Positions 13,176 to 21,994 of a stretch of 21,994 bases of DNA are shown piece after piece (position 1 is the stretch's first letter; every line of letters begins with the position of its first letter). The translations under genes were made by a program, and so were the position numbers. The DNA is from a virus (taxonomy: Duplodnaviria; Heunggongvirae; Uroviricota; Caudoviricetes): the IMG/VR virus record IMGVR_UViG_3300034196_000017, positions 77,422 through 99,415 of that record. One strand, written 5' to 3'. Below the pieces are notes generated by a model that saw only the letters and a list, made by a program, of their open reading frames with translations, had not been told where the DNA came from and did no database searches.

Positions 13176-13457
13176 ATGGCTGAAAAGGTTATCAAGACAG
13201 TGGTAGTTAAATTTGAGAAATTCAGCGAGTGGGATTTTATACCACCGGGTAGCTTTTATATCCGACCTGCAAGCGGGGATTATCTTTTCTTGAAAACCTC
13301 AGATCGCAAAGCAGCACAAGAAATGATCAACGAAACATATGGAAAGGGTAAATATTCCGTAATCCCAACAAAGGATCAGAAAACCAAATCCAGACTTGAG
13401 TCTGGTGGGCTAAGCTGTTATGGTACAGCAACCAGAAGAGGACAACAGAAACGATGA
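13176..13457 (+). CDS. Hypothetical protein, 93 aa
   Basis: AAGGAG RBS before ATG 13176. Confidence 0.7.
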   Translation: MAEKVIKTVVVKFEKFSEWDFIPPGSFYIRPASGDYLFLKTSDRKAAQEMINETYGKGKYSVIPTKDQKTKSRLESGGLSCYGTATRRGQQKR

Positions 13458-13870
13458 GTAAGTTAATTGAACTACTAGTAGGTGATTCAGAGTCACGATA
13501 CTCGCATTTTAACAACACGCTTGAAATCAAACAAACCAAACGAGAATTGGTCAAGCATTACCCAATTCAAACAGTTTGTGAAAACCAAGAACAAGTAGAA
13601 AGCGCGGTTGCATCTATGGTTGATGCTCAATGGCTAACTTTCAAGCACAACTATGCTGTTGCGTTTAACGAAAAGTACCCAAATGTATCATTTGACGAAA
13701 TTCTTTCATCTGGGTATAAGGTCGGTGCTGTACTTGTTTGCCCACCACACCGTTTCATGCATATTAATAATGAAGTAGAAGCTGTAAAACCATTTGTATT
13801 TCAATATCAGATGGCAAGTGGTAAAATAGATGTACGTGTTGAAATGAACTACTCGTTCGAAATTTACTAA
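13454..13870 (+). CDS. Hypothetical protein, 138 aa
   Basis: ATGA overlap, GAGGA RBS. Confidence 0.7.
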   Translation: MSKLIELLVGDSESRYSHFNNTLEIKQTKRELVKHYPIQTVCENQEQVESAVASMVDAQWLTFKHNYAVAFNEKYPNVSFDEILSSGYKVGAVLVCPPHRFMHINNEVEAVKPFVFQYQMASGKIDVRVEMNYSFEIY

Positions 13871-13880
13871 GGAGAAAGAC

Positions 13881-14315
13881 ATGACTCATAAATTCGTACC
13901 AAGCAAAACAACTAATATTCAAGAAGAATCGCTGACCAATTTTATGGCAGCACTCGGCTATGAGCCTGTATACAGCATCCACAACTGTAATCTTCTACGA
14001 TTCAGCCAACCACGTTTCGCCAAACATGGTCAAGCAATCGTAAGCGTGAACCGTGCTATTCGTATGCACAACTCGGCAGGTGAAGAGTCCTTTGCCGAAC
14101 TGATCGCTTTCACTAAACCACAAGAGCTTCGTGAATACCTTCGTGATTTCAAGAACTACCAGACCATTACCAACGTTGCTGCCGGATCGACAAAGATCGT
14201 TGAACAGATCAAGGGTAGCTTCTCCAAAAAGAAAGGCTTCATTGTTCATGACCACAAAATCAAGTTCATGACTAATCGCGATAAACGTAAATGGTTTGAT
14301 ATGATTGGTTGGTAA
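13881..14315 (+). CDS. Hypothetical protein, 144 aa
   Basis: AAGGAG RBS. Confidence 0.75.
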   Translation: MTHKFVPSKTTNIQEESLTNFMAALGYEPVYSIHNCNLLRFSQPRFAKHGQAIVSVNRAIRMHNSAGEESFAELIAFTKPQELREYLRDFKNYQTITNVAAGSTKIVEQIKGSFSKKKGFIVHDHKIKFMTNRDKRKWFDMIGW

Positions 14316-14316
14316 A

Positions 14317-14726
14317 ATGGTGTGGGAGAACTACTCAGATGAAATGAGGAACGCTTCCAAGTCAATGAAAGAAACAAATGACTGCACTGTGATTGCATGG
14401 AGTATCTGTTTTGATGCTCTCCATACAGCCATTCTCATTTCTGGATGAAAAGACACGGTAGACCAAATCGACGTGGTATGCAGCTTTTACACATACAACA
14501 AGCTCTTGACAATTGTAAGAAAGCTAAGATTCGCAAAGGTCCATATAACCGAAGGAATCGAATCACACTAAGTGCTTTCTGTAAAGCTCATCCTGTCGGT
14601 AGGTATTATGTGCTTGTCGCTAGACATGCTTTGTGCGTCAAAGACGGTATTGTTCATGACTGGAAGCACGGACCCCGTAGACAGGTTCAATTCGCAGCAA
14701 GAGTGTATCTTGAGGGGGAGATTTGA
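14317..14726 (+). pseudogene. Frameshifted conserved phage gene (NDC...Y...H...GR family); fragments 14317-14448 and 14445-14726
   Basis: Removing 2 nt from CTCT at 14417-14420 gives one 135-aa ORF ...NDCTVIAWSICFDAPYSHSHFWMKRHGRPNRRGM... Confidence 0.65.
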
Positions 14727-15205
14727 TTAAATATGCTGGAATCGGTGACTATCTGAAATATGATAGCGTTACTGGTGAACTAACTTGGCTAAAAGGTAGA
14801 ATGAAAGGAAAGATCGCAAAATCAGTTGACACAAGAGGTTACCTACGAATCCGTTATAAAAACAAATTGTTATTAGGTCACAGAGTTTGCTGGTTTTTGT
14901 TCTATGGGGATTTACCTGATGTGATTGATCATGCCAATGGTGACACATTTGATAACCGAATATCAAACCTTAGGGAATCATCTAACTCCACAAACAATAT
15001 GAATAGGACTATGCATAAAAATAATAAGTCAGGGGTAAAATGTGTTAGCTGGTGCAATAGGACAAGTAAGTGGCGTGTTATAATCGGTAAAGATGGACGA
15101 TACCATTCATTTGGGTGCTACACAGATCTTTCTGAAGCAAAGATTGTTGCAGACAGCAAACGCAGACTGTTACATGGTGATTTCTCAAATGATGGAGGGG
15201 GATAA
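14723..15205 (+). mobile_element. Free-standing HNH homing endonuclease with AP2-like tail, 160 aa
   Basis: HRVCW...VIDHANGDTFDNRISNLRES...N; SGVKCVSW...KWRVII; TTG start with GGGGGAG RBS. Confidence 0.9.
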
Positions 15206-15621
15206 TGGTTTTGCACAAAATGATCACGCCGTATATGGAAACAGCACGCGCTTTTGCGAAGCTGTCCAAGGCAAATCGACGAAAGGTCGGAGGTATTGCT
15301 GTCACACCACAAGACGTTGTGATATACTCATGGAATGGAAGACCAGCCGGTGATCCAAACGATTGTGAGATTGATGACGTTACACATCCACACGTCTTGC
15401 ACTGTGAGAGCAATCTTGTAGCGAAAGCAGCACGTGAAGGTATATCAATGAAGGGGTCAAGTGTATTCGTTACACTGAGCCCATGCTTGCCTTGTGCAAT
15501 GCAAATGTTTCAGGCTGGCGTAGTCAGCGTGATATACGACGAAGAGTACCGATTGACAGACGGAATTGAATTCCTGAAATCACATCAAATACACATTGAA
15601 AAATATGAGGAGAGCGTATGA
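15205..15621 (+). CDS. dCMP deaminase, 138 aa
   Basis: KVGGI, WNGRP.G, LHCESN, TLSPCLPCA zinc motifs. Confidence 0.9.
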   Translation: MVLHKMITPYMETARAFAKLSKANRRKVGGIAVTPQDVVIYSWNGRPAGDPNDCEIDDVTHPHVLHCESNLVAKAAREGISMKGSSVFVTLSPCLPCAMQMFQAGVVSVIYDEEYRLTDGIEFLKSHQIHIEKYEESV

Positions 15622-15815
15622 AAATTCTTGTTTCGAAATTGTTAGGTGACGCTACAGTGAACATCTACAATAAAAATGGTGACCTTATCCATACTGAAGG
15701 TTTCTGTGGTAAGACCAACAGTAACTATGTCCGTAGTATTCCCGTGGATGCTGTTGAATATGGTTACTCTACAGCTCTGTTTAACAAAGACTTCGAATAT
15801 AAGGTGGTCACATGA
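15618..15815 (+). CDS. Hypothetical protein, 65 aa
   Basis: GAGGAG RBS, ATGA overlap. Confidence 0.7.
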   Translation: MKILVSKLLGDATVNIYNKNGDLIHTEGFCGKTNSNYVRSIPVDAVEYGYSTALFNKDFEYKVVT

Positions 15816-16006
15816 GTAAGAGTTATCGTGTAGTTGAACAAGAGTTAGTTTCAGGCGAAATCCGATACAGTGTTCAATACAACAATGGAGTGGTCGGTGA
15901 ATGGCTTATTAGTTCATACCGATCTAACCTACAAGCTGCAATTGATTTGATTCAACAAATCAAAAAGTATGATCTGGTTCGTGAGGAGGTTGTTCATCTT
16001 GATTAG
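15812..16006 (+). CDS. Hypothetical protein, 64 aa
   Basis: ATGA overlap, AAGGT RBS. Confidence 0.65.
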   Translation: MSKSYRVVEQELVSGEIRYSVQYNNGVVGEWLISSYRSNLQAAIDLIQQIKKYDLVREEVVHLD

Positions 16007-16235
16007 TCGTGAAGAGGTAGCTAGTGTTGTAGAGGAAGCTCAGAAACCTGTTGACCGCGAGGCAATGATGGCACAGGCTCGTAAATTCCTGTACGATAAT
16101 CAGGAATGCTATGTTGCTCAGTGGGTTTTACAGAACCCATTTGCCGATATCAATAGATATCGACTGAAGTTTGTTTACACTGACACGTCCCTACTGGGAT
16201 ACACCGTTGAAATGGAGAAGATTGAAAATGTTTGA
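15999..16235 (+). CDS. Hypothetical protein, ~78 aa (TTG start 15999 inferred)
   Basis: GAGGAGG RBS 9-10 nt upstream of the in-frame TTG. Confidence 0.6.
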   Translation: MISREEVASVVEEAQKPVDREAMMAQARKFLYDNQECYVAQWVLQNPFADINRYRLKFVYTDTSLLGYTVEMEKIENV

Positions 16236-17499
16236 GAAACGTATGTTTGGTCTAAGCAAGAACGGCACATACAAAGTATGGAATATTGGCGTATTTCACA
16301 TTCACGGGGGAGACCTCGATAAAGACGGTGCTGCATTCACGATTACTCATGGTTCTGAGGGTGGTAAGCTCACAAGCAAGACTGAGTATGTAAACGAAGG
16401 TAAACAAGGTCGTACACCTTACGAGCAAGCTGTATTGCAAGCTGAGGCACGCTTCAAGAAGCAGTACGATAAGAACTACCGTGAGACCAAAGAAGAGTTA
16501 AACGAAATCCCAGTTCTGGCAGTTCTGGCAAAAGACCACACGAAGGTTGGAAAAGATTCGGATATCGAGAAAGGCGTACTCACATCCGACAAACTAGATG
16601 GATGCCGTCTTCTGGCCTTCTGTAAGCGCGTAGACGGCGTTAAAACTGTTTACTTGAACTCACGCACCGGTCAGGTTGAATCGCTCCCACACATCACTAC
16701 AGAGCTTCTGAGTATAATGAATGTTGGTGACATCTATGATGGTGAGGCATACCTTCACGGTTACAAGCTTCAAGAAATCTGCTCAGCTGTCCAACGGACG
16801 GATACTCAGGCTAAAATCGATGAGTGCATCAAGAAGCTCGCACGGGTTAAGGCTAAATACGAGAAGAATCCATCTGAGGAATTGTCTCATGACGTTCTTG
16901 ATGCTGAAGCTGCTCTGGAGAATGCATACCTGATCCATGATCTTCGTCCACGCCTTGAGTTCCACGTTTTCGACGTTATTATTAATGGTAATCTTGACAT
17001 TCCATTCCTGAACAGGGCGGCATGTCTTAAAGATGAAGGTCTGAAGTTCCCACAAGTAGAACACATCAAGGAAGTTTGCTACAAATATGCTGACTCGATT
17101 CAAACGCTTACTGAACAGCTTAACGATGCTATTGATCGTGGTTATGAAGGAATCATGTATCGCCTTCCTGAAGGTGTGTACGAGAGTGGTAAGCGTAGTA
17201 GCTATCTGTTCAAGTTTAAGTTGTTCTTCGATGAAGAGTTCATGATTCTTCGTACACATAAGGATAAACAAGGTTTCGTAGTCTTTGAGTTAATCAATAA
17301 CGTGAACACTGAAGAGTTCAAATGTGTAATGGGTGACTATAATTGGAGACGTGCTGTAGCAAACGACGACTTCCGCGGCCAATGGATGACAGTGAAATTT
17401 CAGGCTCGTAATAAAGGAACCCTGTTGCCCCAGTTCGGCACAGGTAAAGCAATTCGTCAAGGTACAGTTGTTGACGGTATATTCATTCCAAGTCTGTGA
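16228..17499 (+). CDS. lig: ATP-dependent DNA ligase, 423 aa
   Basis: Motif I DKLDGCR, YDGEAY, FHVFDVI, YEGIMYR, FKFK; GGAG RBS. Confidence 0.92.
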   Translation: MFEKRMFGLSKNGTYKVWNIGVFHIHGGDLDKDGAAFTITHGSEGGKLTSKTEYVNEGKQGRTPYEQAVLQAEARFKKQYDKNYRETKEELNEIPVLAVLAKDHTKVGKDSDIEKGVLTSDKLDGCRLLAFCKRVDGVKTVYLNSRTGQVESLPHITTELLSIMNVGDIYDGEAYLHGYKLQEICSAVQRTDTQAKIDECIKKLARVKAKYEKNPSEELSHDVLDAEAALENAYLIHDLRPRLEFHVFDVIINGNLDIPFLNRAACLKDEGLKFPQVEHIKEVCYKYADSIQTLTEQLNDAIDRGYEGIMYRLPEGVYESGKRSSYLFKFKLFFDEEFMILRTHKDKQGFVVFELINNVNTEEFKCVMGDYNWRRAVANDDFRGQWMTVKFQARNKGTLLPQFGTGKAIRQGTVVDGIFIPSL

Positions 17500-17505
17500 G
17501 GAAAT

Positions 17506-18036
17506 ATGATAAATATCCTTGAGCATAGTAGTTCATCTTACGCACCACGTACATGGCATAACGCCGCTCAGGGTATCACTCTTGCTGTAGCCGTGGATTT
17601 CTCCACGGCAGGTGAGAAGCTGACCACCAAAGCGGCACAGAAGCAAGGTATCGTCCATCTGGACGCCCGAAATTTTGCAACCGGTTGGTTGCCAGCTGCA
17701 CGGGAACTCTACAAGAAGCTCAAAGATAAAGACTTACACGTGATCAACGTGGCTGGCAACGGTATCTACACATACGCAAAGCACGGCTTCAATCAAGAAG
17801 GCGTTAACCGTATGGTTTCAATGGTACTAGATCAGGTTAATCAACATTGGCCGATTCAGCACGTTGTGAGTGGTGGACAGACAGGTGCTGACATTGCCGG
17901 GTTGATTGCAGCAGCGCATCTGGGTATCGAGTGTACAGGAATGTGGCCCAAGGGTTACAAAATGCGTTTTGAGGACGGTATCGATGTGAATCATACACCT
18001 CAACAAATTATGGAGATTCTGAATCAATATGCATAA
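17506..18036 (+). CDS. SLOG-superfamily (MoCo-carrier/YpsA-like) protein, 176 aa
   Basis: SY..RT..N, TLAVAVDFSTAGEKLT, INVAGNG, VVSGGQTGADIAGL, WPKGY. Confidence 0.75.
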   Translation: MINILEHSSSSYAPRTWHNAAQGITLAVAVDFSTAGEKLTTKAAQKQGIVHLDARNFATGWLPAARELYKKLKDKDLHVINVAGNGIYTYAKHGFNQEGVNRMVSMVLDQVNQHWPIQHVVSGGQTGADIAGLIAAAHLGIECTGMWPKGYKMRFEDGIDVNHTPQQIMEILNQYA

Positions 18037-18748
18037 AATTATAGGTTCGTGTGGTCATGTCCACCAGTACGACATGAGAGACTTCAAAGGACGTATCTTT
18101 TTCACGACTGACTTGCACGGACACTATGATCTACTGCATGAGGCTCTTAACTCTGTAGCATTCAGTTCCGAAAAAGACTTCTTGGTTGTAGGTGGTGATT
18201 GGACAGACCGTGGTCCGCACAGCAATACATTTCTAGACTACGCACATATACCAAGTGTCCGTGGTAATCATGAGCAAATGTTCATTGACGGATTTCAGGC
18301 TAACTGGCACCCTGAAGATCGAAATGTTCGAACACTGAAAGCTCACGGCGGAGACTGGATATGGCGACTTACTGATATCGAGAGGGTCATGATCCATGAC
18401 GCATTCAGTGCAATGCCTCTAGGTATCGAATTGTTGTTGCCAAATGATCGCAAAGTCGGTATAATCCACGCCGAAGTCCCGTACAACGACTGGGATCAGT
18501 TCAAGGCTATCACTAAAGCTGAATTAGATTGGGATGGTCAGGCTACTGCTCAGTGGGCTCGATCTTGGTACACTCAACGATACAATGGGCAAGTCAAAGG
18601 TGTTGATATCGTCCTTGTTGGACATACACCAACCGACCAGTCTCATCTTGAGCGTTTGGGTAACATGGTGTTTGCTGATGCAGGCTGTCACTGGAATGAT
18701 CGTATTAACCTGATCGAAATTAACGAGAATTTTATAAAAGGAGAGTAA
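18029..18748 (+). CDS. Calcineurin-like metallophosphoesterase (NinI/PphA-like), 239 aa
   Basis: TDLHG, GDWTDRG, RGNHE, IIHAEVP, VGHTP. Confidence 0.9.
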   Translation: MHKIIGSCGHVHQYDMRDFKGRIFFTTDLHGHYDLLHEALNSVAFSSEKDFLVVGGDWTDRGPHSNTFLDYAHIPSVRGNHEQMFIDGFQANWHPEDRNVRTLKAHGGDWIWRLTDIERVMIHDAFSAMPLGIELLLPNDRKVGIIHAEVPYNDWDQFKAITKAELDWDGQATAQWARSWYTQRYNGQVKGVDIVLVGHTPTDQSHLERLGNMVFADAGCHWNDRINLIEINENFIKGE

Positions 18749-18751
18749 ACT

Positions 18752-18925
18752 ATGCGAATTGAACAGGCAGAAGGTCAAGATCGTAACGTATTCAACAATG
18801 CAAAGCGATTTATCCGTGATCTTTCGAAGCTTGACAACAAGCAGCTTGCAATTGTAAACTTTGAAATCTGGCACGAAGCAAAAACGCGTGGTGCACGTCT
18901 GTTAGAAGAGGAGAAGAAAGATTAA
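18752..18925 (+). CDS. Hypothetical protein, 57 aa (MRIEQAEGQDRNVFNNAKRF...)
   Basis: Manual translation; AAAGGAG RBS. Confidence 0.7.
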   Translation: MRIEQAEGQDRNVFNNAKRFIRDLSKLDNKQLAIVNFEIWHEAKTRGARLLEEEKKD

Positions 18926-19304
18926 TATCGAATACACAGACAACTTGAATGTTGACTTGTGTCGTGCTAACCCCGCAAAGATCTTTGTATTTGGCGATAA
19001 CCTCGCCGGTATGGGGTCAGCGGGGCAAGCTTGTATCCGAAAGGAACCAAATGCCTTTGGGATTCCGACCAAGCGATACCCATCCACTCATATCGGTGCA
19101 TATTTCAGTGACAGAAAATGTGAGAGGGAACACGTAATTTCTTCATTAAGGGACTTGTACTCACTCGGACGTAGGAGTATAATCGTATTCCCATCAAGCG
19201 GTGTTGGCACAGGTTTGGCTAAAATGCCAGAAAAATCACCATTGATATACAACGAGATGTGTGAAATACTGTTTAAACATTTTGGAATTAGGAATGAATC
19301 ATGA
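18921..19304 (+). CDS. Conserved phage protein with Macro-like features (start ATT 18921 or TTG 18945)
   Basis: IFVFGDNL..G..GQA.IR.EPNAFGIPTK; FPSSGVGTGLA. Confidence 0.7.
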   Translation: MNIEYTDNLNVDLCRANPAKIFVFGDNLAGMGSAGQACIRKEPNAFGIPTKRYPSTHIGAYFSDRKCEREHVISSLRDLYSLGRRSIIVFPSSGVGTGLAKMPEKSPLIYNEMCEILFKHFGIRNES

Positions 19305-19534
19305 AAAAAATTAAAGAACTGTTCTGCAAACTGAAACCTAAGACGCCAGAGTGTATTGCAGCGTGGCAAACGTTTGGTGTTGTTGCTCTAATCATCGCAA
19401 TGATCTGTTTGGCAATTATCGACATTGGTTATTTGATTTTGGTTGTACTCTTTACATTACTGGTATTCTCTATCAGATTTATTTACATAGAGCGTCTAGA
19501 CGAAGTACGGCGTAAGAATGGTCGTAGTCGATGA
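19301..19534 (+). CDS. Membrane protein with two hydrophobic segments, 77 aa
   Basis: Hydrophobic runs flanked by basic termini; AGGA RBS. Confidence 0.7.
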   Translation: MKKIKELFCKLKPKTPECIAAWQTFGVVALIIAMICLAIIDIGYLILVVLFTLLVFSIRFIYIERLDEVRRKNGRSR

Positions 19535-19728
19535 AAATATATATCGTCGTCAGTGTGGATCATGGGGGTTATGATGGCTGGGATGTTTCTTATCACCGAA
19601 CACGTAAAGGTGCGTTGAAGTTCATTATGAACTCTAAGTATGCTGACTGGGATCGATTCCGATATATTACACCCGGCGGTTACGAGGATAACTATATGTA
19701 CATAACAGAAAGGGAATTATACGATTGA
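19531..19728 (+). CDS. Hypothetical protein, 65 aa
   Basis: ATGA overlap. Confidence 0.65.
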   Translation: MKIYIVVSVDHGGYDGWDVSYHRTRKGALKFIMNSKYADWDRFRYITPGGYEDNYMYITERELYD

Positions 19729-20255
19729 ATCTAATTAAACACCTGCTGACACGTAACTACGACCCAACACGATATGTCAATCAGGTGTTGGATATGGACG
19801 AATCTGTTCTAACCGTATATCTTACAAACCTTTCAGGCCAGTTCTCAGGATTCCAGCAGTATCGACCTACCGTCGAGTCTAAGCGACTCAACGATGCACG
19901 TGAGGCTAGATACTTCACATACTCACAACTGGGTGTGAATGCCTGCTGGGGTATTGAGACACTTGACAGTAGAAAGGAGGATCTATTCCTCGTTGAAGGG
20001 ATCTTTAAGGCAAGCGCCTTACACATGCTAGGGTATAATGCTCTAGCATTGCTTACATCAAACCCTAAACCGATGAAAAGTTGGTTGCACACGCTACCGT
20101 ACAACCTCGTTGGTATCGGTGACAATGATAAAGCTGGTAAAGGAATGATTCGCATTGCTGGGAAAGGGTTTCAGTCCGAACTGGACTTGGATGAGTACAA
20201 TCTTACTGATCTTAAACAACTAATCGATGAATGGAGAGAAAATGGGTTTACATAA
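19725..20255 (+). CDS. Stand-alone Toprim (primase-like) protein, 176 aa
   Basis: LFLVEGIFKA, IGDNDKAG (DxD); TTG start. Confidence 0.8.
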   Translation: MNLIKHLLTRNYDPTRYVNQVLDMDESVLTVYLTNLSGQFSGFQQYRPTVESKRLNDAREARYFTYSQLGVNACWGIETLDSRKEDLFLVEGIFKASALHMLGYNALALLTSNPKPMKSWLHTLPYNLVGIGDNDKAGKGMIRIAGKGFQSELDLDEYNLTDLKQLIDEWRENGFT

Positions 20256-20436
20256 AACAGCAATTTCGATATTTACAATGGTTGTTCTAGCACTCATGCT
20301 CTTGATATATTGCACTCTGAATTGGCCTACAATTATTCTTAAAGTATTTGGTGTGACCGTTGTTGTTCTCTGGTTTGCACTTTTATACTTTCTCATCTAC
20401 TCAATCGTTAGAGGAGTTAAACGAAATGGATCTTGA
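20242..20436 (+). CDS. Membrane protein, 64 aa, two TM segments
   Basis: GGAGAG RBS before ATG 20242. Confidence 0.7.
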   Translation: MGLHKTAISIFTMVVLALMLLIYCTLNWPTIILKVFGVTVVVLWFALLYFLIYSIVRGVKRNGS

Positions 20437-20656
20437 AGATCTACCTAACAAATACACCATCAAACTGAATGTCAACGATGACTTCGATCTGTTCGTAAAT
20501 GGAGTGAAAACTATCACGGCAACATTCGTAGGTGGGCTGCTTGTAGCTATTGCTGCGCGTGAGGGTGTTCCCGTGCATCTCAAGGGATCTAGCGAAAGCT
20601 ACATCTTAGCCGTCTTGAAAGAAGACGGTATCAATATTGAGGTCGAAGGATGGTAA
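20426..20656 (+). CDS. Hypothetical protein, 76 aa
   Basis: GAGGAG RBS before ATG 20426. Confidence 0.7.
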   Translation: MDLEDLPNKYTIKLNVNDDFDLFVNGVKTITATFVGGLLVAIAAREGVPVHLKGSSESYILAVLKEDGINIEVEGW

Positions 20657-21126
20657 TCTGGAAGCGTAAGACAATCAACCTCGGCGATCAAGCAGTTACC
20701 GAACTGACAATCCTTGAGTGGAAGAGATTCTTCAGTATCAAGCTTTTCAACTTCCACAAGACAGATGGTAAACAAGACCGCTTCCATACTCACGCATTCA
20801 ATGCTGTGAGTATCCTTCTGTCAGGTGATTATGTCGAAGAGATTGTTGACGAACTCGACAATATTGTACCTCTAAAAAGGAGCCGTAAGCGTTTCCTTTT
20901 CATTCCGGCGAACCAGTACCATCGTATCACCAAGAGTGATGGTTGTCGTACATTGTTGATCACAGGTCCATGGGGTGAGAAATTTAAAGAGTTACGTCTT
21001 TTAAATTCAAGACTCAATGTATACGAAGGTTTCACTAATGTGTCATTATGGCAAATTTGGAATTGTGGTAAGCACCGTATCGATTTGAGCAAAGGTGCTC
21101 TTAAACTACTAAAAGGAGAGATTTGA
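20650..21126 (+). CDS. Cupin-fold protein, 158 aa
   Basis: RFHTHAFNAVSILLSGDYVEE ... YHRI ... TLLITGP. Confidence 0.75.
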   Translation: MVIWKRKTINLGDQAVTELTILEWKRFFSIKLFNFHKTDGKQDRFHTHAFNAVSILLSGDYVEEIVDELDNIVPLKRSRKRFLFIPANQYHRITKSDGCRTLLITGPWGEKFKELRLLNSRLNVYEGFTNVSLWQIWNCGKHRIDLSKGALKLLKGEI

Positions 21127-21413
21127 TGAAACGCGATGAGTTTATCAAAACGTATATCGAAGGTGCCGAACTGACACCATTTATGATTACCATTGAGTCA
21201 CTCATTGGTAAACTATACGATGCTCGTAAGAGTGTTGAAGACATAAGTGAAAAGTATGAACACACGATTGAATTCATGGATGATGTAGCACGCAATACAC
21301 GATGGACGATGACCTGTCGCTCATGTGAAAAGGAATTCGAACCAGACTGTGAACTAAGTGAGATGTTCGGTTCCGAAGTATATTGTGGAGGATCAGATAG
21401 ATGCTGCCCATAA
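21123..21413 (+). CDS. Hypothetical protein with C-terminal Cys cluster, ~96 aa
   Basis: AAAGGAG RBS; CRSC...C...YCGGSDRCCP. Confidence 0.7.
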   Translation: MMKRDEFIKTYIEGAELTPFMITIESLIGKLYDARKSVEDISEKYEHTIEFMDDVARNTRWTMTCRSCEKEFEPDCELSEMFGSEVYCGGSDRCCP

Positions 21414-21685
21414 AGAATGTAGGTATATTCCGAAAGTCACAACATTCAATGCTTAACGCATTTAAAGAACATATCGTAGAATTAGAAAATGCTGGTTCCG
21501 TGTTTCATGCCTCATTACATAAATCTGAAATTGAACTACCACACGGTGTTCGATTCATTTTTAGAGTAATCTCTAATTATGAGGATGTCATGAAGGTATC
21601 CGGTATTAAGTTCCATGCAATATTCTCAGATGTTGATTGTGCAAAAGCGCAAAGATTTCTTCTTACTCGGATGAGGGGTTCTTAA
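21401..21685 (+). CDS. Hypothetical protein, 94 aa
   Basis: GGAGGA RBS. Confidence 0.65.
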   Translation: MLPIKNVGIFRKSQHSMLNAFKEHIVELENAGSVFHASLHKSEIELPHGVRFIFRVISNYEDVMKVSGIKFHAIFSDVDCAKAQRFLLTRMRGS

Positions 21686-21994
21686 TGCAGCTATCGCATG
21701 ACGATCTGTGCCTAAAGGCTGAGAAGTTCCTGAAGTCTAACGGATTTGGTGTGGTATTCCACGATAAGTTCAAAGCATCAACCCCTCACGGAGAACAACC
21801 TGATTGCCTTGGTTTTCGATCTGGTGTATCATGTCTGATTGAATGCAAGACAAGTCGATCAGACTTCCTTGCCGACCGCAAGAAGCGATTCAGGATTGAC
21901 CCTACAAAGGGTATGGGTGACTGGCGGTTCATGCTAACACCCAAGGGACTGATCACCGTAGAGGAGCTTCCTGAGGGTTGGGGGCTCCTTGAAA
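21685..21994 (+). CDS. MmcB-like PD-(D/E)xK nuclease-fold protein, partial; runs off window end
   Basis: Manual translation ...GEQPDCLGF...LIECKTSRSDFLADRKK...GMGDWRF...ELPEGWGLL; TAATG overlap. Confidence 0.7.
   Translation, partial: MQLSHDDLCLKAEKFLKSNGFGVVFHDKFKASTPHGEQPDCLGFRSGVSCLIECKTSRSDFLADRKKRFRIDPTKGMGDWRFMLTPKGLITVEELPEGWGLLE

Noticed and set aside
4556-16228. Longest-ORF starts at 4810, 4641, 5102, 10949, 11630, 13149, 15969 and 16171
   Set aside because: They fall in promoters or upstream genes; downstream starts have clear RBS and overlaps
1-21994. CRISPR array, integrase/att site, IS element, intron or intein
   Set aside because: No regularly spaced repeats, recombinase, transposase or splicing motifs seen; insertions in Nampt and DNA ligase are short and lack intein signatures

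Overview
Segment of a lytic tailed-phage genome. Gene content and order (terminase small subunit, tRNA array, RNA ligase, Pnk, Prs/Nampt, dCMP deaminase, DNA ligase, phosphoesterase) resemble Pakpunavirus/Otagovirus-like Pseudomonas myoviruses; this placement is an inference. The left part (1-4810, minus strand) holds a partial DUF5681-type terminase small subunit, a ~2.9 kb array of 18 tRNA genes with readable anticodons and encoded CCA ends, several non-canonical tRNA-like or structured RNAs, two micro-ORFs inside the array and four small genes. An AT-rich, GATC-repeat, origin-like spacer with back-to-back sigma70 promoters (4811-5124) separates it from the plus-strand arm. That arm encodes Rnl1-type RNA ligase, two HNH homing endonucleases, Pnk, a Prs+Nampt pair (probable NARP1 NAD-reconstitution anti-defence pathway), an HD alarmone-hydrolase-like protein, DUF4406, dCMP deaminase, ATP-dependent DNA ligase, a SLOG protein, a metallophosphoesterase, a Macro-like protein, a stand-alone Toprim, a cupin, an MmcB-like nuclease and many small hypotheticals. 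The least explained signal is the set of tRNA mimics in the array: two permuted T-arm+closed-acceptor elements, a 125-nt CCA-ended RNA, an anticodon-less tRNA and a 49-nt CCA mini-RNA. All RNA structures were paired by hand, not computed.
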